A DNA stretch of 64,000 bases, taken from Candidatus Latescibacterota bacterium. Its GTDB lineage: Bacteria > Latescibacterota > UBA2968 > UBA8231. Below, piece after piece: positions 9,175 through 18,621 of the stretch. The notes beneath the pieces are model-generated. The model searched no databases. It had not been told where the DNA came from and saw nothing but the letters and a program-made list of their open reading frames with translations. The stretch lies in NCBI GenBank assembly GCA_965242865.1, contig CBDETK010000013.1, positions 4,992,001 to 5,056,000 on the forward strand, written 5' to 3'. The position numbers were made by a program, and so were the translations under genes. Position 1 is the first letter of the stretch. Every line of letters starts with the position of its first letter.

Positions 9175-9762
9175 ATGCGGCGCATCGGCGTCATCGGCGG
9201 CACCTTTGACCCCATCCACCACGGCCACCTGCTTTTGGCCCGCTTTGCCTTAGAGCAAATCCCCCTCGACGAAGTGCTCTTTATCCCGGCGGCCGACCCG
9301 CCGCTCAAGCAGGGTGCCTACGCACCGGCCGAGGAGCGCTGGGCCATGGTCAAACTAGCCGTGGCCGACTGCCCGGACTTTGCAGCCTCGCGCTTGGAGC
9401 TAGACCGCCCGGGCAAGTCCTATACCGTCGAAACCTTGGTCCGGCTGCATCAGCTATACCCCCATGCCGCGCTGTTTTTCATCATCGGCGCGGACAACGT
9501 CGCCCAACTCGACGCTTGGCACGACCTCGAAGGCATTTTTGCCCAGTGTACGGTGGTGGTGGGTGCGCGCCCGAGCGCGGTGGCCGGCGGCGACCCCAAG
9601 CTGCTGGCCCGCCTGCGCTTTATCGCCACGCCGCTCATTGAGCTATCCTCGACCGAGATTAGGACGCGCCGCGCCACCGGCCGGCCCATCCGCTCCATGG
9701 TGCCCGAAGCGGTCGAGGCCCACATCCGAGCGAAAGGATTGTACGCCGCCCCGTGTTTATGA
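9175..9762 (+). CDS. nadD: Nicotinate-nucleotide adenylyltransferase
   Basis: GGTFDPIHHGHL, SYTVETL, FIIGADN, LSSTEIR. Confidence 0.96.
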   Translation: MRRIGVIGGTFDPIHHGHLLLARFALEQIPLDEVLFIPAADPPLKQGAYAPAEERWAMVKLAVADCPDFAASRLELDRPGKSYTVETLVRLHQLYPHAALFFIIGADNVAQLDAWHDLEGIFAQCTVVVGARPSAVAGGDPKLLARLRFIATPLIELSSTEIRTRRATGRPIRSMVPEAVEAHIRAKGLYAAPCL

Positions 9763-10928
9763 CCCATCTAGCGTGTTCCCGCACCGGCGAGCACTACGAC
9801 GCCGACGCGCTGCACAACCTCTCAGCGGTCGGCGCGCCCCTCCTCGCCCGCTACGATCTCGAGCGAGCCGGCCATGCGCTGCCCCGCGCCGCGCTCAGCA
9901 CCCGCCCGCCGACGATGTGGCGCTACCGAGAAGTCATGCCCATCGGCACGCCCGCGGAGATCGTCTCCCTCGGCGAAGGCTTCACCCCGTTGCACCGCCC
10001 AGCGCGTTTGGGACGCTGGACGGGTTTTTCCCAGCTTTACATCAAAGACGAATCGCCCAACCCCACTGGCTCCTTCAAGGCCCGCGGCCTCTCGGCCGCT
10101 GTCACCTGTGCCCGCACGCGCGGCGCGAAAAAGCTGGCCATCCCCACGGCCGGCAATGCCGGGGGAGCATTGGCGGCGTACGCGGCCGCCTGTGGCCTGC
10201 CGGCAATAGTCTTTATGCCCCGCGATACGCCGCGGGCCTTTGTCGCCGAGTGCCGGTCTTGCGGCGCCGAGGTCGAGCTAATTGACGGGCTAATCAGCGA
10301 TTGCGGCCGCATCATTGGCGAGCGCAAGGAAGCCGAGGGGTGGTTTGAGGTGTCAACCCTAAAGGAGCCGTACCGCATTGAGGGCAAAAAAACCTTGGGC
10401 TACGAGTTGGCTGAGCAGATGGATTGGTCCCTGCCCGATGTGGTGATTTATCCCACCGGCGGCGGCACCGGGCTGATCGGGATGTGGAAGGCATTCGCCG
10501 AGCTGGAGCAACTCGGCTGGATTGGCCAACACCGGCCGCGGATGATCGCGGTGCAGGCCGAGGGCTGTGCGCCGATTGTCCGGGCCTTTGCCCTCGGCCA
10601 TGAAGCCGCCCAGCCGTGGGAAGCCGCCCACACAGTGGCCTCGGGCCTGCGGGTCCCCAGCGCGGTCGGCGACTTTCTGATGTTGCAGGTGTTGCGAGAA
10701 AGCGGCGGCCGCGCCATTGCCGTCAGCGACGAGGAATTGCTCGCGCATTCGCACTGCATGGCGGCGCACACGGGCATTTTCCCCGCGCCCGAAGGCGGGG
10801 CCACGCTAGCGGCCCTAATCAAGCTCGCCGAGCAAGGACTGGTGGAAGCAGACGAGCGCGTGGTGCTCTTCAATACGGGGTCGGGCTACAAGTACTTAGA
10901 GGCTCTGTCCGAGCGGTTCGCGTCTTGA
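9759..10928 (+). CDS. thrC: Threonine synthase (PLP fold II)
   Basis: SLGEGFTPL, KDESPNPTGSFKARG, PTAGNAG, YPTGGGTG, FNTGSGYKY. Confidence 0.9.
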   Translation: MTHLACSRTGEHYDADALHNLSAVGAPLLARYDLERAGHALPRAALSTRPPTMWRYREVMPIGTPAEIVSLGEGFTPLHRPARLGRWTGFSQLYIKDESPNPTGSFKARGLSAAVTCARTRGAKKLAIPTAGNAGGALAAYAAACGLPAIVFMPRDTPRAFVAECRSCGAEVELIDGLISDCGRIIGERKEAEGWFEVSTLKEPYRIEGKKTLGYELAEQMDWSLPDVVIYPTGGGTGLIGMWKAFAELEQLGWIGQHRPRMIAVQAEGCAPIVRAFALGHEAAQPWEAAHTVASGLRVPSAVGDFLMLQVLRESGGRAIAVSDEELLAHSHCMAAHTGIFPAPEGGATLAALIKLAEQGLVEADERVVLFNTGSGYKYLEALSERFAS

Positions 10929-10953
10929 CGAGCATGGGGGCTGCGGCTATTTT
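10925..10953 (+). promoter_or_regulatory. Sigma70 promoter for tRNA-Arg(ACG)
   Basis: TTGACG-17 bp-TATTTT, 18 bp upstream of the tRNA. Confidence 0.6.
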
Positions 10954-10971
10954 ATAACCCTGCTTTGCTAT

Positions 10972-11048
10972 GCACCCATAGCTCAATTGGATAGAGCACC
11001 TGACTACGGATCAGAAGGTTCGGGGTTCGAGTCCCTGTGGGTGCGCCA
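10972..11048 (+). tRNA. tRNA-Arg(ACG)
   Basis: CTGA-CTACGGA-TCAG anticodon arm, GGTTCGAGTCC, CCA end. Confidence 0.97.
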
Positions 11049-11056
11049 TTAAAAAC

Positions 11057-11088
11057 AACGGGTTACGTCAAAAGACGTAGCCCGTTTC
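11057..11088 (+). terminator. Hairpin after tRNA-Arg(ACG)
   Basis: AACGGGTTACGTC-AAAA-GACGTAGCCCGTT followed by a short T run. Confidence 0.6.
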
Positions 11089-11106
11089 ACTTTGAGGGGA
11101 AAGGGC

Positions 11107-12069
11107 ATGGCGAATATACAGGTCGGATTGATTGGCTGCGGAGGGCGCGGTCAGGGCCACATCCGCGCCCTACACGCGCTGGCAGACGTCGAGTTGGTCG
11201 CCATCTGCGATCCCGTTGCGGCAAACCGCGAACAGGTGGGCAATGAGTGGGGCATTGAACGCCGCTACGCCACCATAGAGGCCATGCTCGACGCCGAGGA
11301 ATTGGCCGTGGCGATCGTGGCTACCCCGGCCCATCTCAACGCCGAGGCGGCCCTACCGTGCTTGGAGCGAGGCATCGACACCCTGCTGGAAAAACCCCCG
11401 GGCATGAGCCTCGACCAAACCCGTGCGCTCAAAGCGGCGGCCGAGGCCAGCGGCGCCCGCGGCATGGTCGGCTGGAATCGCCGCTTCGATCCGCTCATTT
11501 TGCAAGTGTGCGCGGAGATTGCAGCGCGCGGCCCGATCTACCAACTCGTCGGCGAGTTCCACAAGAGCATGAGCCGTTTTGTCGCGGCCGGTCGCTTTCC
11601 CAAAATCGTCATGGACAACATGCTCCTCGAAAGCCCGATCCACGCGATTGATCTGGTGCGCCACTTGGGGGGCGCACCGGTCGCCGAAGTTCACAGCTTC
11701 GTCCGGCGCACATCCGCCTACAAGGACGTCCACGCCGCTTTAGTCGTCTTTGAGAACGACTGCGTCGCCCAGATCAGCGCCAACTACACCACCGACGCCC
11801 GCTTAGAGCGCTACGAAATCCACGGCCGCGACATCTCGGCCTATGTAGAGGGAATTTCCACATGCGAGCTGGTCTGCGACGGGGAGCGCAAGCGCTTGCA
11901 AAAGGCCGGTACGGACAGTACGCTGGCCCAAGCGGCCCACTTCTTCGACAGCATCAAGACCGCTGGCCCCATCGGCCCGCCGGCGGCGGACTTGGACGAG
12001 GCCATCGCCACCATGGAGCTCGCCACGGCTATTCTAGCCGGCCTGCGAGACGATCCTCGGGGTGCCTAA
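11107..12069 (+). CDS. Gfo/Idh/MocA family oxidoreductase
   Basis: GLIGCGGRG Rossmann motif, LLEKPPG, VGWNRRF, IHAIDL. Confidence 0.9.
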   Translation: MANIQVGLIGCGGRGQGHIRALHALADVELVAICDPVAANREQVGNEWGIERRYATIEAMLDAEELAVAIVATPAHLNAEAALPCLERGIDTLLEKPPGMSLDQTRALKAAAEASGARGMVGWNRRFDPLILQVCAEIAARGPIYQLVGEFHKSMSRFVAAGRFPKIVMDNMLLESPIHAIDLVRHLGGAPVAEVHSFVRRTSAYKDVHAALVVFENDCVAQISANYTTDARLERYEIHGRDISAYVEGISTCELVCDGERKRLQKAGTDSTLAQAAHFFDSIKTAGPIGPPAADLDEAIATMELATAILAGLRDDPRGA

Positions 12070-12499
12070 CGCGCGCTACGAGCCGCATCAGGGCGAGCCG
12101 CTCAAAATCCCGCGGATCGTCCGTGCGAATCAGAAAATCGCCCTCCACGCGACGCGCTTCCCCGGCATTGAGGACGACGGGCTGCCCAAGCGGGATGAAC
12201 GCGTCGATCAGAAATTCCTCCCGGTCGAAAAACCGCAAGTCGTAGCGCACCCACACGGCCGCGGCTCCGACATTGCGAAACACGGCCGCAAAGACTCCCT
12301 CGAATTCGGCTGTTCCTCCCAGTCCCGGCCGCGGCAAAAGCGGCCACCAACTTAGGCTGTCGATCAACACGCTGCCCGCTAGTCCTTCGTCCTCGACAAA
12401 TTCTACTTCGCTGTGCAGCCCGTCCTCCGCGCCGCTCGGCCCGTCCTCTGCGGCAAAGCACCCGCCCAACACCAGCACCAGTGCGATCCCCGCGCTCAT
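12029..12499 (-). CDS. Hypothetical lipoprotein
   Basis: Lipobox 'VLGGC'; small beta-rich domain 'FRNVG..VWVRYDLRFFDREEFLID'. Confidence 0.6.
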   Translation of the reverse strand: MSAGIALVLVLGGCFAAEDGPSGAEDGLHSEVEFVEDEGLAGSVLIDSLSWWPLLPRPGLGGTAEFEGVFAAVFRNVGAAAVWVRYDLRFFDREEFLIDAFIPLGQPVVLNAGEARRVEGDFLIRTDDPRDFERLALMRLVARVRHPEDRLAGRLE

Positions 12500-12565
12500 G
12501 GTTTGGCCCCATTAGGTTTGCGTCTGTTGCGTTGATATTTCTTCGTGGTGTTCTTTAAGAATGCT

Positions 12566-14662
12566 ATGAAAAAAAACCAGTTAATCCAGTGCCTAGTGCC
12601 CATCCTGATCGCCGCGAGCGTCCGTGCGGACGAGCCCGCGCCTCGCTACCAAATGCCCCCCACCGAAATCACGGCCACGCGCGCCCCCCGCGAGGGATTT
12701 GACCTGCCGCTTGCCACGGCCGTGGTCGCAGAGGTCGGGCGCGCCCGGCCCGGGCTCTCGCTCGCCGAGTCCCTACGTCCGGTCCCTGGGCTGTTCGTCG
12801 CCAACCGCCACAACTTTTCCCAGGGAGACCGGCTCAGCGTACGCGGCCTAGGGGCGCGGGCGGCCTTTGGCGTCCGCGGGATCAAGGTTTTGCTCGACGG
12901 CATTCCCCTGACCATGCCCGATGGCCAGAGCCAGCTCAACAACCTCGACTTGGGGTCAACGGGCCGCATCGAGGTCTTGCGCGGCCCCAGCTCTTCGCTA
13001 TATGGCAATGCCGGCGGCGGCGTGCTCGCGGCCCACACCCAAGTACCGGCCGCGGCGGCTTGGCGCGTGACCCCGCGCGTACTCGCCGGCAGCAACGGCC
13101 TGTTCCGCGTGCAGACGAGCCTTGCGGGCCGCGCCGCTAAAACCCGCGCGTTCGCCAGCGCGTACGACCTGCGCAGCGAAGGCTCGCGCGATCACGCCCA
13201 CGCCCGCGCCCGCGCCCTCAACGCGCACGTGGGCCGCACCCTCACCCCCCACACCGAGTTGACGCTCCTGCTGCATTGGTACGACGCGCCTTACTTGTTC
13301 AATCCGAGTTCGCTCGCCGCAGACGCGGCTCGCGACCGACCGCGCAGCGTCCGCGGGTTCGTGGTGGGGCAGGGGGCCTCCAAGCAGGTTCGCCAGAGCC
13401 AAGGCGGCATCCGGCTCGACTATCGCCCGCCGCACGCACCGCACCACCGCGCGTCGAGTCTCGTGCTATACGGCGTTAGCCGCGCGCTCAAAAACCCCAT
13501 CCCGGGGCGGATTGTCGAGCTCGACCGCCGTGCGGGCGGCCTGCGGACAGAGCACCAATTCGCTTGGGCTGGTACGCGCCTGGTGACCGGCCTCGACTTA
13601 GACTTCCAGCGCGACGACCGCCGCGAGTTCGCCAACGAGGGCTTGCCCGAGGGGGTGCGCGTCCAAGACGAGCGCGTCTTCTCGCTCGTGCAATACGGCG
13701 ACCGCCAAGTGGATCAAGACGAACAGGTGCGGAGCCTCGGCCCCTTTGTCTCCTTGGAGCAAAATTTGGGTGCCGCGCTGACCGCGACCGTCGGCGGCCG
13801 CTACGACCGCTACCGATTTGCCGTTGCCAACCATGTGCGCACCATGGGCCAGTTCAGTCCGATGGCGGGCGTGGTGTACCGCCTCGGCCCCTTCTCCCGC
13901 TGGTATGCCCATGTTGCCACGGCCTTCCAGACGCCCACGACCTCTGAGTTGGGCAATCGGCCCAGCGGCGAGGGCGGCTTTAACCCGGATCTAAGCCCGG
14001 AGCGCGTCCTCGGGTTGGAAACGGGCTTGCGCCATCACGTGCGTCGGGCGCGTTTGGAACTGGAGGTGGCCCTGTACCAGCTCCAGATCGCCGACGCGCT
14101 CATTCCCTTTCAGGTTGAACGTGCAGACAGCGAGGAGATTTACTTCCGCAACGCCGGCCAAGCGCGCAATCGCGGATTGGAGCTCTTGCTTGCGGCGGTG
14201 CCGCTTTCCGGGCTGCGGGCCGATCTGGCGTACACCTTTGGCGATTATGTTTTCGAGGACTACGAAGTTGAGACCGGCGGCGGGCTCGTTCAGCTTGCTG
14301 GCAACGAGGTGCCGGGCGTGCCGCGCCACCGGCTCTTTGCCGGCCTGAGCTACGAGAGTCCGCAGGGCCTGTTTGCCGCCATCGAATTGGAGCGGGTTGG
14401 CCGCTACTGGGCCAACGACTTCAACGGCCCTCCACCCTCAAGCGACGCCTCGCCCGACAATTTTTTTAACCGCGCTTATATGCGGCTGGACCTGCGCTTG
14501 GGAATTGACTATCGCGCCGTGCGGGCCTTTGTCGCGGTCGAGAACGTGTTGGGTACTCAGTACAACGGCTCGGTGGTTCCCAACGCCTTTGGGGGCCGCT
14601 TCTTTGAACCCGCTCCCGGGCGCACTTGGCACTTGGGAGTTGGGGGGTGGATTGGGGATTGA
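12566..14662 (+). CDS. TonB-dependent receptor (YncD-like)
   Basis: Plug 'SVRGLGARAAFGVRGIKVLLDGIPLTMPDGQ...IEVLRGPSSSLYGNA', 'TAFQTPT', C-terminal 'GRFFEPAPGR'. Confidence 0.92.
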   Translation: MKKNQLIQCLVPILIAASVRADEPAPRYQMPPTEITATRAPREGFDLPLATAVVAEVGRARPGLSLAESLRPVPGLFVANRHNFSQGDRLSVRGLGARAAFGVRGIKVLLDGIPLTMPDGQSQLNNLDLGSTGRIEVLRGPSSSLYGNAGGGVLAAHTQVPAAAAWRVTPRVLAGSNGLFRVQTSLAGRAAKTRAFASAYDLRSEGSRDHAHARARALNAHVGRTLTPHTELTLLLHWYDAPYLFNPSSLAADAARDRPRSVRGFVVGQGASKQVRQSQGGIRLDYRPPHAPHHRASSLVLYGVSRALKNPIPGRIVELDRRAGGLRTEHQFAWAGTRLVTGLDLDFQRDDRREFANEGLPEGVRVQDERVFSLVQYGDRQVDQDEQVRSLGPFVSLEQNLGAALTATVGGRYDRYRFAVANHVRTMGQFSPMAGVVYRLGPFSRWYAHVATAFQTPTTSELGNRPSGEGGFNPDLSPERVLGLETGLRHHVRRARLELEVALYQLQIADALIPFQVERADSEEIYFRNAGQARNRGLELLLAAVPLSGLRADLAYTFGDYVFEDYEVETGGGLVQLAGNEVPGVPRHRLFAGLSYESPQGLFAAIELERVGRYWANDFNGPPPSSDASPDNFFNRAYMRLDLRLGIDYRAVRAFVAVENVLGTQYNGSVVPNAFGGRFFEPAPGRTWHLGVGGWIGD

Positions 14663-14940
14663 GGCGCGGTCTTTGAGTTGACGCATATTGGGAGAGTGGC
14701 TTGATTGGGAAACAATCGAGGCTCAGTACGCGACCCTTCCGTTGAGTACGCCTTTTCTGGTGTTCGAGGTCAATGTGATGGACGGCGATGCGGAGCCGAT
14801 TTGGAATCTGTCCGATGCTGTGGACGATCTTTTGAGGAAATAGAAGGAGCGTAGGACAGTAGAAGAGATCTCTTACAGCAATCCTAAATGAATCGAAAGC
14901 ATGGAATGTTGATCGGCACCGTCTTTTCTGCCTATGAAAA

Positions 14941-14967
14941 GTCATTCCCGCGAAAGCGGGAATCCAG
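14941..14967 (+). repeat. dRS3/REP-like palindrome GTCATTCCCGCGAAAGCGGGAATCCAG
   Basis: Near-identical copy at 62484..62510. Confidence 0.7.
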
Positions 14968-15019
14968 TCCTGAATGATGTAGGATTGCTATATCAGTCCT
15001 CGGTAAGGAGAAAAATGTC

Positions 15020-17392
15020 TTGTTCAAGGTTTGCGCCCGGACGGTACTGGAACTAGGGGCTGAGCTTATTAGCTCTGATGCCATTGCGTTCTATGAGCTA
15101 ATCAAGAACGCATTTGATGCTGGCTCGCCAACCGGAGCGGAAGTTCGTTTTGAAGTAACACTTCGACGAAACGATTACCTGAAATTCCGCCATCTTGCAA
15201 CTGAAGGCTTGGCAGATGTTGAGCGACTGAAGACGGGTGTTGCTAACGCGCTGGACCAGTCGGCACCCCAAGAATCTTTAGGTCGCTTTCGGCAGGCAAT
15301 ACACGACGCTGAAGACCTCGAAACATTCGTGGTGGCTCTCGATACTGCCTATGCCGCTGAGAACCAGATCATCGTGTCCGACCAAGGTACAGGAATGTCG
15401 CGGCAGGACTTGATTGACAACTATCTCGTCATCGGCACAACCTCGCGAAAACGTGCAATAGATGCTGCCCTTGCGAATCATGGCACTGGTAAACGGAGTG
15501 TTCCCTATCTCGGCGAGAAAGGCATTGGACGGCTTTCCGCCATGCGTTTGGGCGACAGACTGATCGTAGAGACCGCCGAAGAAAAGGACACGCGGCTGAA
15601 CTTGCTCAAGATAGACTGGTCCTCCTTTGACGTTCTTGATGCAACGCTCGACGACATCGACGTCATACCCGAGCGTGGAAATGCCAAGCCTAAAGCAGAC
15701 TGGAGCGGTACACGGCTGATTATCGGCTCATTGCGGGCGGACTGGACCCATGATCGCGTAAAGTACCTAGGCGAATATGACTTTGCGCGGCTGACCGACC
15801 CTTTCGCGAATTCTAAGCGTCGGCCTCGTATCGCGATTTTCTGGAACGGCAACCGGATACCAGTCGCACATATGGATCACCACCTACTGACGCATGCACA
15901 CGCATCGGTAAAGGGACAGTTCACGTACAAAGAATCGGGGCCGGTGCTGGAGTGCCGTTTTGAAGCGTTAGATCTAGGTTTTGAGCATCCCCATGAGATT
16001 GAAAAGCGGGAGTTTTCTCTGCCTGACCTTGAAGGCTCGATCGGCGGTACTTCTGGCGAGGTGCCGTTATCCGCGCTTGATTCGCTAGGATCGTTTGAAT
16101 TCGAGGTGTACTGGTTTAATCGGCAACGGCTAGGCCGTATCGATAGTATCGGCGATCAAAAGATGATGAGAGATTTGCAAAAACGTTGGTCGGGAATTTT
16201 GCTGTTCCGCGATGGGTTCCGCGTTTTGCCGTACGGTGAGGATGACGATGATTGGCTCGCGCTGGACCGGCGAGCACTGGCGAGTACTGGATATCTCCTG
16301 AATCAGTCACAGTTTGTCGGCCGGGTCACCATATCACGCCTCGGCAATCCCATGCTGATTGACCAGACAAACCGCGAGGGACTGCGGGTCTGTCCTGAAC
16401 AACAAGCGTTTACTAGTCTATTACAACTCACTGTTCAATCTCAGCTACGTGACTTCTTGAGAGAAGTTGAACGGCGCTACAAAGACCAGCCTCTCAACAT
16501 AGCCGAGGCCAAGACGGATGTGTCAAACCTCGAAAGGAGAGCAAAGACAGCAATCTATAAAATAAAGCGGATTGCTCCGCAGGCTTCGGAAATTGTGGAA
16601 GATATGCAACTCGCATTTCTTGAACTCAAGAAATTCTTTGACCAAGCACAACTCCGGATCGCCGAAGTGGAAAGTGAAAATCGACAGATGGTGCAGATGG
16701 CAGGTGTCGGGCTGCTAGTTGAGGTTGTAGCACACGAATTGGCGAGATCAGCAGAAAATGCGCTGGTAGCTCTTGAAGCACTCCGAGGTACAGAAGTACC
16801 GGACCAAATAGACGGGATGCTTAACTCCCTTCGAGCCGAAATGGCATCGGTAAACAAGCGTGTCCGCGTTCTTGATCCACTGAGTGTGTCGGGCCGTCAG
16901 CGCAAAGGCACCTTCAATTTGGGGTCTCTGATCAGGGACATTCTGAGTGGACACAGACTACAATTTGACCGCCACCATGTGAAACTAAAAATAATAATGC
17001 CAGAGCACCCTGTCCGTATCCGTGCAGTCAAAGGTATGATCGTGCAAATTTTTGAGAATCTGTTATCCAATTCTCTTTATTGGCTCGATCTTCACAAACA
17101 GCACGAACCCAACTTCCAACCGCGCATTACAATTTCGCTAAAAGATGATCCTCTTACAATCACTTACGAAGACAACGGCCGAGGTATTGCCAAGGAGAAC
17201 CGCGGGAACGTCTTCCGTACCTTTTTCTCTTTGAAGGAGAAGTCCAAACGCCGGGGACTAGGGCTGTATATCGCACGTGATTGTGCTGAATATCACGGCG
17301 GTAGCCTGACACTTGATGATCACATCAACAGTGAGACTGGACGCCTTCACTGCTTTGTCCTTCAATTACCCGATGAGGTCGTTGTACGCTGA
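15020..17392 (+). CDS. MORC/MutL-type GHKL ATPase fused to a C-terminal histidine kinase
   Basis: N-terminal ELIKNAFDA / DQGTGM / GEKGIGRLS; central 'FRDGFRVLPYG...DWL..DQTNREGL'; H-box VAHELAR; C-terminal ENLLSNS / DNGRGI / FFSLK / GLGLYIAR. TTG start after AAGGAG. Confidence 0.88.
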   Translation: MFKVCARTVLELGAELISSDAIAFYELIKNAFDAGSPTGAEVRFEVTLRRNDYLKFRHLATEGLADVERLKTGVANALDQSAPQESLGRFRQAIHDAEDLETFVVALDTAYAAENQIIVSDQGTGMSRQDLIDNYLVIGTTSRKRAIDAALANHGTGKRSVPYLGEKGIGRLSAMRLGDRLIVETAEEKDTRLNLLKIDWSSFDVLDATLDDIDVIPERGNAKPKADWSGTRLIIGSLRADWTHDRVKYLGEYDFARLTDPFANSKRRPRIAIFWNGNRIPVAHMDHHLLTHAHASVKGQFTYKESGPVLECRFEALDLGFEHPHEIEKREFSLPDLEGSIGGTSGEVPLSALDSLGSFEFEVYWFNRQRLGRIDSIGDQKMMRDLQKRWSGILLFRDGFRVLPYGEDDDDWLALDRRALASTGYLLNQSQFVGRVTISRLGNPMLIDQTNREGLRVCPEQQAFTSLLQLTVQSQLRDFLREVERRYKDQPLNIAEAKTDVSNLERRAKTAIYKIKRIAPQASEIVEDMQLAFLELKKFFDQAQLRIAEVESENRQMVQMAGVGLLVEVVAHELARSAENALVALEALRGTEVPDQIDGMLNSLRAEMASVNKRVRVLDPLSVSGRQRKGTFNLGSLIRDILSGHRLQFDRHHVKLKIIMPEHPVRIRAVKGMIVQIFENLLSNSLYWLDLHKQHEPNFQPRITISLKDDPLTITYEDNGRGIAKENRGNVFRTFFSLKEKSKRRGLGLYIARDCAEYHGGSLTLDDHINSETGRLHCFVLQLPDEVVVR

Positions 17393-17567
17393 TGGAACTA
17401 CGAAAACTTCCCGAAGATAGTGGAATCCGAAGGGCCATCGTCATTGACGATGTTCCATCCCTATGGAGCGCATCAGCAAGGCAAAAACCAATGTCCCGTC
17501 GGTTGAAGCACTCGCCGAGGCATTGGAGGAGGACGATATGGAGGCCTGTACGATGTGTTCGCTGTGA
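17392..17567 (+). pseudogene. Fused remnant: 5' end of a receiver-like gene plus 3' tail of a CxxC-ending gene
   Basis: MELRKLPEDSGIRRAIVIDDV is coupled to the kinase stop. A different frame, 17463..17567, reads MERISKAKTNVPSVEALAEALEEDDMEACTMCSL*. Confidence 0.6.
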
Positions 17568-17674
17568 GGGGGAGGCTGGTGTATTAGGGTGACAACCTCA
17601 GCATAGGAACTACTTGGACACGATCAATCCACTATTACTCTTAGCATTAGCACCCTTGATTAGTACCCTAAAAA

Positions 17675-18562
17675 ATGGACCGAAAGTTAATCCTTCAGAA
17701 ATTTGAGACCTTGGGTGTGTGGAGAAGTGCGGGAAAAAGGGCACCGCACAAGCCGCTGCTGGTTCTATATGCAATTGGAAAGTTGCTGCGTGGCGAAAGC
17801 CGGCTCATTCCATACTCCGAAGTGGATGAGGGACTTGGAAAACTACTACAGGAGTTCGGCCCTAGACGACTAAAGCAAGGAACCCAGTATCCATTTTGGC
17901 GGTTGCGTAATGATAGTGTTTGGGAAGTAACCAATGCCGACCAAATTGTAACAAACTCTTCTGGAGATGCCAGCAAAACGGATCTCCTTGATCGTAGTGT
18001 TTCTGGCGGTTTCTGCGAATCTATTGCCACGCGGCTTCAGAACGATTCCAAGCTGACTCTTAAAATTGTTCACAACCTATTAGACGCTCACTTTCCTCCT
18101 TCAATTCACGGCGATATCTTACAGGCTGTTAATATTGACCCTACTCTACGGACTATTAATACGAGAAGGCGCGATTCCAATTTCAGGGAAGACGTCCTCA
18201 AAGCCTACGAATACAAATGTGCCATCTGCGGCTTCGATGTGAGATTGAGACATCTTCCCATTGGATTAGAAGCAGCCCACATCAAATGGCATAAAGCTGG
18301 TGGCCCTAATCAGGTGGTGAATGGACTAACTCTGTGCGTACTGCACCACAAACTATTTGACCGCGGAGCTTTTACGCTGTCCAAACAGTGGAAGATACTG
18401 GTATCCGATGACGCATACGGGTCAGTTGGCTTTGAGGAATGGCTGATGCGATTTCACGGCAAAAAAATCAACTTTCCGCAAAGTCAATCCTATTATCCGA
18501 AGCCAAATTTCATAGGCTGGCACGTTAGAGAAGTGTTTCAAGGAGCCTATCGAGAATTGTGA
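17675..18562 (+). CDS. SBD-HNH phosphorothioated-DNA-dependent (type IV) restriction endonuclease
   Basis: Sulfur-binding-domain motifs RAPHKPLLVL and YPFWRLRND..W; HNH domain CAICG...LEAAHIKW...NGLTLCVLHHKLFDRG. Confidence 0.88.
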   Translation: MDRKLILQKFETLGVWRSAGKRAPHKPLLVLYAIGKLLRGESRLIPYSEVDEGLGKLLQEFGPRRLKQGTQYPFWRLRNDSVWEVTNADQIVTNSSGDASKTDLLDRSVSGGFCESIATRLQNDSKLTLKIVHNLLDAHFPPSIHGDILQAVNIDPTLRTINTRRRDSNFREDVLKAYEYKCAICGFDVRLRHLPIGLEAAHIKWHKAGGPNQVVNGLTLCVLHHKLFDRGAFTLSKQWKILVSDDAYGSVGFEEWLMRFHGKKINFPQSQSYYPKPNFIGWHVREVFQGAYREL

Positions 18563-18621
18563 GCCAACGGAGATTGGACTGAGCTTTTGGATCGCATACA
18601 CACGAGCCACTATTCGCCCCC

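Noticed and set aside
11049-11090. Possible integrative-element attachment site after tRNA-Arg(ACG)
   Set aside because: No integrase and no duplicated tRNA 3' end were seen in the window.
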